From Phaeosaccion multiseriatum (Eukaryota; Protista; Ochrophyta, other classes): a stretch of 64,000 nucleotides of DNA. The stretch's first letter is position 1. Each line of letters begins with the position of its first letter. This document shows positions 56,192 to 64,000 of the stretch, one piece after another. Below the pieces are notes generated by a model, which had not been told where the DNA came from, did no database searches, and was given only the letters and a program-made list of their open reading frames with translations. The position numbers and the translations under genes are program-made. The stretch is taken from the NCBI GenBank assembly GCA_965112735.1, contig OZ218954.1, positions 1,674,001 through 1,738,000 on the forward strand. Reading direction: 5' to 3'.

Positions 56192-59100
56192 CTACGACGA
56201 CACTTCTGTCTTCACAGTAGAGGTGAGCTTCACCGCAGGTACTGCAGTAGTTGGTCCTTCTGTTCTTGCTGTAGCTGCTCTTGCTGCAGCCGCTGCCATT
56301 GTTCCTGTGAACGCTGGCACAGGTGCCGGTGCTGCAGCTCCGGCAACTGAAGTGGGGGTGGGTATTGCCGAGTGCTGCCCTGCTGCCGCTGCTGCTGATG
56401 GTGGTAGTGCTGCCGGCGGTGGTGCTGGTGCTGGTGCTGATGGTAGTACGGGCGCGGGTGAACTCAGCGTTGCTGGTGCTTGCCGTTGCACTGGCTGTGC
56501 TGATGTTGCTGGTAGCGCTGGTGCTGCTGGTGGTAGTACTGCTGGTGCTGGTGCTCCTGATGGTAGTGCTGTACCCGGCGCGGATGGAAGTGATTGCACT
56601 GCTTGCACTCCCTGTGCTGGTGCTGCTGATGGTAGAGTTGAGGGTAGCGGTGATGTTTGCGCTGGTGCTTGCCCCGCCTGTGGCGCTCCAGGAACAACAT
56701 ATGCAGCAACAGGAGGAGACACAGCAGTTGGTGCTACAGAGGTCGATGCCATTGCTGCCACCGGTGCTGCCGCCGGCGACGCCGCGGTCTGTTGGAGGGT
56801 CATCTGTGCTGCTGATTGCGCTGACCCTATTGGGGCTGCGGTGTACACTACCCCCGGTGATGGTTGTAGTGCTTGTGGTGTGACAAGCGGTGCTGGTACT
56901 CCTGGCGCTGCTGGGGGTGGCATTGGCGTGGAAACCGTCGTCTGGAGCGCGGTCATGGGAGCGACCGTGGTGGTAGCAGTGAGGTGTGTGACGTAGCCTT
57001 GCACCCCCGCCCCCCCTGCTCCTGCTGCTGCGCCCGTTCCACCAGCACCACCACCAGCACCAGCAGCAGCAGCAGCAGCAGCAACAGAGGCAAGAGGGGG
57101 CAGCCCTAGCGGCGTTTGGGGGAGCGCTTGTTTGGGGAAAGGTGCGGCGTCAGTGCCCCTCCCACTGTCCTCCGTCCAATCCAGCCCCTCGGCCTCACTA
57201 AGCAGCTCATCCACCTTCCTCCCCTGTGTGTACCACTTGGGCATCATGCCTGCCACTGCTGCAGCAGAAGCCGCAATGCTCGCTTCTCGGTGCTCCTTAG
57301 ATGTTGCGTCGACCCCTGGGGAAGGCTCATCGACAATGGAGACGGGAGAGAGGAAGCGAAACAGTCCTGCGTCCACCGTGTTGTTCGTAGAGACGAAGGG
57401 CTGCAAGGAAGGGGCCAGGGTGTGCTGACCTGTGGACGTGTGGACAGACGGAGTAGCAGTAGGTATGAGATGTGAATGAGGACAGAACATGGACATACGT
57501 AGTGAAGGGTCACAAGAGGGAAGAGGGAGGGGCAAGGGGAAACTAAGCCCGCCTTGCTTGCATTTGTTCCATTCCTGCCCCCCTCCGTAACTGCCGAGCC
57601 TGCCCCTCTCTTTCTCTCTCTCTCTCTAAGACATGTGTGTGGTGCTTCTTGGCCTTACCTTCGTAGAGGTCCTCCAGCCTCCGTTTGCTCCCTCTGCTCC
57701 GCCTCTTGTTGCTCCCGCCATGTTTCGAGTCCATCATCACGTCTCCGTGATCGCCATTTTGCTTTGCTTTGGCAAGCTGTGGAGGCAGGGGGGTGGGGGG
57801 GAGAGGTGTGGCGGGTGCGTGTCATCAAAGCAAGAGACACAAATACAATGGCGAAACAAAGGACAGTGGGACAAAAGAAAGGATAGGTGGGAAAAGACTG
57901 TCACTAAAAGCTGGGCAAACGCCACCCCGAAGTGTGGAAGGATGACGATTACTATCACGATAAGCAAGTCGAGCAGACGAAGGGCAAGTCGTCAGTGATG
58001 TCAGTAAGTCACAAAGAGCCCCCCCAGCACACACAAGCATCAGCTCCGAACACCTCGAATCGCAGAGGCCCTAAACAAAAGACCACTTCCCCGCCTCTCA
58101 CCTCCTCTCCCCTCTTCTCACCTCCTCTCCTCTCCTCCCCCCACCTCCCCCCCTCCCCCCCTCTCTCACACACCTTTTGAAAGTACTTCTGGGCGTGCGT
58201 CCGAATCTGAACAACGGTTCTTGTCTTGATGAGTCCAGCAATCTTCTTCCACCCCTTCCCATGTAGCTCCAATCCCTGCAAGAACAGACGATGCTCCTCG
58301 TATGTCCACCTCCCGGTGTTCTCCTTCAATGGGGCTCCATCGGGACCCACGCCTGCCTCTCCTCCGACCCCTTCTTTGCCGCTCGAGGGTTTGGTGTTCA
58401 TTTGTACCTCCACGACCGCACGGGGTGCAGGAAACACTCCGGTTGCGTCCACTTGGCCTGTAAAGGTTCCTCCTATTGTCGGTCGAAACTCCACCGTACC
58501 CGCTCCTGCACCCCCCGGCGGTGGAAGTCCATAGCTCCCATTCGCCAATGCTACTCCTCCTGCTACTCCTCCTGCTGATGCTACCCCGTTTGACCCGGTT
58601 ACTGTCAGCACTGGTGGTGGCAGGCCTGCTGCACTCACTCCCACCGGCAGTGAGACACCTCCTGGTTGCACTGCTTGCATCGCATGTCCACCACCCACAG
58701 GGTGAACCCTTCCTCCTGCCACCGCCGCCGCCGCTCTCTGTTGTGCGAGTAGCAGCTGCTGATTCTGCTGCTGCTGTGACAGGGGTATTGGGACCCCACT
58801 GAGCCCACCACTACCACCAGCAGCGGCGGCGGCAGCAGCAGCAGCAGTAGTAGCAGCAGTCGCGGGACCAGCCGCTCCATTGGTAGCAACGCCGGTAGTG
58901 GTCGAGGTACGCATCATCGCAGCGGCTCCGGTTGCGTTGGCAGGAGAGCGCTGCGCTTGCCCCATCGCCATCCCGGAGAGACCTCTCCCTAGCGTTACGC
59001 CTGTAGTGTAGTGAAAACGCCCAGCGAAGAGAAGCGAGGGGTGCGGTACGGGGGGGCGAGCAGGAACATGTAAGGGTTTCCGGGTCGGCTTTGTCTGGGT

Positions 59101-59610
59101 AGAGGACACACCGGGGTGGGTGGTCATCGGGGGGGGGTGGAGACTGGCTAACGGACAAGTGGTAGCCCATTGCGGACAATCGGCAGGGACACATATGGGA
59201 ACAAAGGGAAGGTGTGGAGGCGAGGATACACACGGGGCAGGCAAAGGAGGCAAGAGGACAGAGGACAGAGGACAGTCGGAGATCGAACACCTACCTGCCC
59301 CTAGCCCCGCTGCTGCGGGGGGAAGAGAGCCCTTCCCTCTGCCGATCATCGCTGACGGGAGGGGTGCGGGCGTGGACAGAGCGGGGCCTTGCACCCACGC
59401 ACCCACACTCCCACCCATGCTCACCCCTCGACTCGCCCACTGCTGCGGCTGCTGCGGCTGCGGAAGAGCCTGCGGTACCGGGTGCGAGTTTGGAGCAGCA
59501 GGAGCAGCAGCAGTGCCTGGAACAGGAGGCTGACGTGGTAAAGGTCCTTGTCCCGGTGTAGTTGTTGTTGCTGGTGATGCTGCTCCAGTCGAAAGCTGCA
59601 TTACTGGCGC

Positions 59611-59642
<32 letters not shown>

Positions 59643-60372
59643 CTGCCGTTGTTGCTGTTGCTATTGTTGGTGTTGGTGTCGGTGGTGTTGATGTTGCTAT
59701 TGTTGGTGTTGTTTTTGTTGTTGGTGTTGTTGTTGGTGTTGTTGTTGTTGTTGTTGTTGTTGTCGTTGTTGTCGTGGCCACGTGCAATGCGGGAGGTTGA
59801 GTGGTCTGCTGCTGCTGCGTCGTCTGTGGCAGCGGTTGTGGTAGCGGTGCTGCTAGTGGTGCTGCTCTTGGTGCCACGGATGGTGGCAGTAGTGCAGCTG
59901 GCACGGGCTGCTGCGGCTGCTGAGTTACAGCAGCGACTGCTGCCACTGATGTAAGAGGCGGCGTGGATGGCAACTGGCCTGCTGTTGGCGCTGCTTGGCC
60001 TACTGTTGCCGCTGCTGCTCCTGCAGCGGCCCCACCCGTCGTGGGCGTAGCGACGCTGTTTGACGGTCGCTTGACCGGGGGCTCTACTTCAGGCGGACTC
60101 TCCAATGCTCGCTTTCCAATCGCCACTGTCTCCTCCGCCCCTTTCGCGCTTGTTGAAGCTGAAGCTGATGCTGCCGATGCTGCTGCAGATGGTGGTGTTA
60201 CCGACGCTGCCGGTGAAGAGCGCGCCTTGATGACAGCAGCAGTATCACGGGCCCCCATAGTGCTACTGACTAAGCCGCTACCTGCCACCGCTATTGCTCC
60301 CGCCGGGACGTAACCAACAGCAGCAACAGGAGCCCCCGCCGGCGCTGGAGCCGACACAGAGACTGTACTCAT
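56192..60372 (-). CDS. MYB-related (SHAQKYF class, CCA1/LHY/RVE-like) transcription factor with long Ala/Pro/Thr-rich regions
   Basis: ENTGRWTYEEHRLFLQGLELHGKGWKKIAGLIKTRTVVQIRTHAQKYFQK at ~58175-58325, spliced to LAKAKQNG.. and GQHTLAPSL..; the 5' end and the 59001-59294 intron are inferred. Confidence 0.9.
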
Positions 60373-61139
60373 CCCTTCTCTCCCACGTGCTCCCCTCGAT
60401 CGAAGCGCCCGTGGCTAAGCTCAAGCTGCACACGAGTGCACTGCTTGTGCCTCGGCAGCATACCTGCAGGCAGGCTTTCTTTCTCGATGCCCTCCCTCGT
60501 CGTGGTGGCGGTGGTGGCGGAAGGGGAAAACCTTTTAACTAACCCGGCCCGGACCCACTCTCAAACACACTCTAAACTGATCTCTCCGGTGGGCTGGGCG
60601 TTGATGGTAGCGGTTGTCTTCCTTCCCCCGGCCACTTTCAGCCCAGTGCTGTTCCTGTTGCTGCCCCCTTCTCAGTTCCACCCCCCCTCCAACTCACTCA
60701 CTCGTACTTTCTTTATTCGCTCAGAAAGAGTCTAGCCTACAGCTCACAGCATGCTGCATGTACACCGGACCAATGCTTAAGCCTTTGCTCTGGATGGAAG
60801 CAAGAGGCCGCAAATCAAAACCCCGACACAACTCTGGGGCGATATTACCTCCACTTTTCCACCCCTCTTTGCCCTCCTTCCCTCGCTAATTCCTTTTTAA
60901 TGGGTTGTACGCTTGACCCTTCGACCTGTTACGCCTCTCTATAACCTGCTTCACCCTTTAATTAAGTATTCAAAGGCCTTCTAGCGCGAGGCGCGGCTGG
61001 AGTACGTGGCGTACCCCCTGGGGGATGTCGATATGCCTTCAAATAACATGACTTTTTTGTTTTGTTTTGTTGTTCTTTTGTTCTTTTACTTTTGCGAGCG
61101 TTATTTTTTTATTCATTTTTTGGGGGTCCTCCCGTTTAT

Positions 61140-61425
61140 TCCGGAGGAGAAGAGCCCCACGGAGGAGCTTCTCTCTCTGTGCCGGTCAACGACGAAGGAG
61201 GACGCAAGCCTGAGTCGCGATGAGTCCGCTTGCATCCGCTTGCACCGCCCGAGACGTCAAGGCGTTGCTCGAACGGGGAGCCGACGCCAATGCGCAAGAC
61301 TCGCGTTTCAATCCCGAGCGCACGCCGGAGGTGTACAAGGAGAACAGCCAGGTGGGACTTCAATGACAGGAATGACTTGAGAGTGGCGCTTCATTACGCC
61401 AGTCAAAGGGGTCTCTGGGAGAGGG
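61140..61425 (+). pseudogene. Frameshifted ankyrin-repeat gene fragment
   Basis: DVKALLERGADANAQD (from ~61253) and DFNDRNDLRVALHYASQRG (~61356-61412) lie in different frames; a 10-bp tandem duplication TCCGCTTGCA at 61225-61244 breaks the frame. Confidence 0.6.
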
Positions 61426-61796
61426 GGAAGGAAGAGGCTCGACGGAGGAGCCTTTGTAGACGCAGGTACTATTTGTTTGCAACGAAATTGGAACCCGCCC
61501 CAGCGCAGTCCTCAGAGACGTAAGGCGCCGGGGACCTGTCGAGGTTTCAATGCGGGGTTTTCCTACTCCCCCACTAACCGCGTAGGGGTTTTCCTTTTTT
61601 TCCCGAAATAAAAAATGACCATTTTCTCACTATGAATGGGCCCTAGCTGAACCCTTTTAAATAATGAATTAAATGGGACCAATGTATCAATGCCACTGTG
61701 CCTACTCCCTTGGTCTCCCTCGCGCTCTCGCGGGAGGCCCTGGAACTGAAACTGAACCGTGATCAGCCCAGGTGAGACCTCTCTGCTCTATCTCTC

Positions 61797-63987
61797 TCAT
61801 TTGGCGTAGATATCCTGTAGGCCCGAGCTCTCGTCTGGCAACACATCAAAGTCATAGTCCGAGTCCCGTGTGGGCACAAGGGAACCCTCACCTTGCCCCT
61901 TCCCCCCCTTCCCTCCTCCTCCTCCTCCTCCTCCTCCTCCTCCTCCTCCTCCGTCGGCGTCTCCCCATATGGGAGAGGTCTTTTCCATCAAGTCAGTGGC
62001 GTACTTGTCCTGCACCTTACTGCCCTTCCTCCCTCCGCCCCCCTCTGCCTCCCTCTGCTCCTTCTCTCTCTTCCTTTCCTTGCGTTCTCTCCGTCGCTCC
62101 CGATCCTCCTGCCGCTCTTGCTTGCTCTGAGGCTCCCCCCCTCCCCCCGACTTGTCCGCCCCCACACTCCCTCGATGGCCCCCGCGGCTTAACGACGCCC
62201 TCCGCCTGCCGTCTTTCCTCCCCTCCTCCTCCTCGTCAAACGCATACCCCCCGTCGGCGAAACCGTCACCACCTCTTCCACCCCCTGCCTGACCGCTACG
62301 GGGCAACAAAACGGATGAGTCTTCCTCTCCTCTCCGCCGCTCGTGCTGCTCCAGTGTTGTTGGCGGAACCATCATCAGTCCCCCACCTCCCCCGCCTCCC
62401 CCTCCTGCTAACGCATCATCCACCAACAGCAAGGGCTCCTTGGGTCGTTCCTTGCCCCCCTTGCCGCTTCTGCTCCGCTTCCCCCCCTGCCGGGACGAGC
62501 ATCGGTCTTTTGAAGGTTCTCCGTGAAGTCCCCGCTCTCCTTCTAGCGATAGCCCGCCCCCCAGGGCCCCGTCACCTCCGGTCTCGACTCCGCCGAAACC
62601 CCAATCTGCAGCGTCGGACGCCACGATCAATCTGCGCACGCGTACACACGTACACACACACGCGCGCACACACCACACACACACACGCACACGCACGCAC
62701 ACACACGCGCACACGCACACACGCACACACGCACACACACACACACATGTGCAGGAAGGGCGGGCGATACGTAAGTACACGGCCAAGGCACGCGCTGAGC
62801 TTGTCCCCTGAGCAAAGCCGTTGAGCCTAAGCTGCTCTAGCTTGTAGCTAAGCTGTTGTAGCTCGTAGTCAGTGCGATAGTGCTGCACCTAACAGTCAAC
62901 ACCTAACAGTCAACACCTAACAGTCAACGATGCTTGACTATTCGCCTCGCGCCCTGCCTCACAGCTGCTAGACTGCCGAGGTCAGACTCTCTCCCTCTCC
63001 CTCTCCCTCCCTACCTCCGTCCCGGCCTCCGTCCCTGCCTCCCTCCCTGCCTCCCTCCCTCCCTCCCTCCCTCCCTCCCTCCCTCCCTCCCTCCCTCCCT
63101 CCCTCCCTCCCTCCCTCCCTCCCTCCCTCCCTCCCTCCCTCCCTCCCTCCCTCCCTCCCTCCCTCCCTCCCTCCCTCCCTCCCTCCCTCCCTCCCTCCCT
63201 CCCTCTCTCCCTCCCTCCCTCCCTCCCTCCCTCCCTCCCTCCCTCCCTCCCTCCCTCCCTCCCTCCCTCCCTCCCTCCCTCCCTCCCTCCCTCCCTCCCT
63301 GTCTCCCTCCCTCCCTGCCTCCCTCCCTCCATCCGCCCCTCCCTCACTCACTCACCCATCTTCGAACATTCCGACGTGCTGCATCTGTGCCAGCCCCCCT
63401 CCACCTCCCCCTGCACCCCCCCCCCCGCTCGTCTTGTCCTTCCGAGTCCCTGACCGACTCGCACTAGGCCTTGAAGAGCCCCCTCCCCCCCCCGCAGTCG
63501 GACTGATGGGTGGTGTAGAGAAGCCGTCGTCCGCTCCAGCAGTATGCGAGACGGGCGGGCGATCGCTCCCTCCTCCTCCTCCTCCTCCTCCTCCTCCTCC
63601 TCCTCCTCCTCCTCCCCCGCCACCGGTACCGCTCCTGCGAGTACCCCCTCTGCTCTCACTTCTCCGACTGCTACTACCACCACTTCCACCCCCTCCTTCG
63701 CCGCCCCCGCCTCTGCTACCGCCCCCACCCCTCACACCCTTGCTGTTGTCCTCGTTTCCGCCACCTTCCGACCCCGGCGGTAAGTCGCCTCCCAGGATAC
63801 AGGGCAACTTGCTCGAGAGGAGGCCGCTGGAAGCCCCCCCGGAGCCAACCCCCCCGGGGGCGACACTGCTTCTTGGCCTCACCCTGGGCAGCTGCCACCG
63901 CTCTTCGTCCTCAATGTATTCGGCACGCTCCCAGATCTTGGCGATTTCTTTGCTGGAGAGGACGAGTTTGACCACTTGTTCCCACAG
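61797..63987 (-). CDS. 3' exons of a probable kinesin-2 family (KIF3/KIF17/OSM-3-like) protein tail; gene continues beyond the window
   Basis: After a CAG acceptor: LWEQVVKLVLSSKEIAKIWERAEYIEDEERWQLP, resembling the kinesin-2 stalk-tail motif (KI..RA.WDE....W.LP); the rest is low complexity. No motor domain lies in the window. Confidence 0.55.
63040..63335. repeat. (CCCT)n / minus-strand (GGGA)n microsatellite, ~290 bp
   Basis: Nearly pure tetranucleotide array in the 5' part of a minus-strand intron that begins GTGAGTGAGTGAGGGAGGG. Confidence 0.95.
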
Positions 63988-64000
63988 CTGTGGTGAGAGA

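Overview
Gene-dense, GC-rich eukaryotic nuclear DNA with GT-AG spliceosomal introns packed with microsatellites, so most long ORFs in the supplied track are repeat artefacts and the genes had to be rebuilt exon by exon. The flagellar genes (BBS8, a kinesin-2-like tail) and a CryptonS-type element suggest a flagellated stramenopile (inference). Genes in order: 5'-partial BSD-domain coiled-coil protein (+), acireductone dioxygenase (+), CTDSPL2-like phosphatase (+), UEV1/MMS2 (-), BBS8/TTC8 (+), ER Hsp70-family HYOU1/GRP170 (-), TBC Rab-GAP (+), ABCC/MRP4-like transporter (-), a hypothetical gene (+), a divergent Rab7-like GTPase (-), an RluA-family pseudouridine synthase (+), a tyrosine-recombinase (Crypton-like) element (-), a SHAQKYF-class MYB factor (-), an ankyrin pseudogene fragment (+) and the 3' end of a kinesin-2-like gene (-). 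The best candidate for a new system is the apparently intact Crypton at about 52.0-55.6 kb. It encodes a 974-aa recombinase with all catalytic residues, fused to a C-terminal C4HC3 PHD-type finger, and is bracketed by matching GTGGGGC-n-GCCCCAC palindromes and TATGG direct repeats. Secondary signals are the purine-5'/pyrimidine-3' complementary polarity of intron repeats, minisatellites built from splice-site sequences, and a dispersed ~20-bp motif embedded in CAG tracts. All calls are from reading the sequence; no searches were run.
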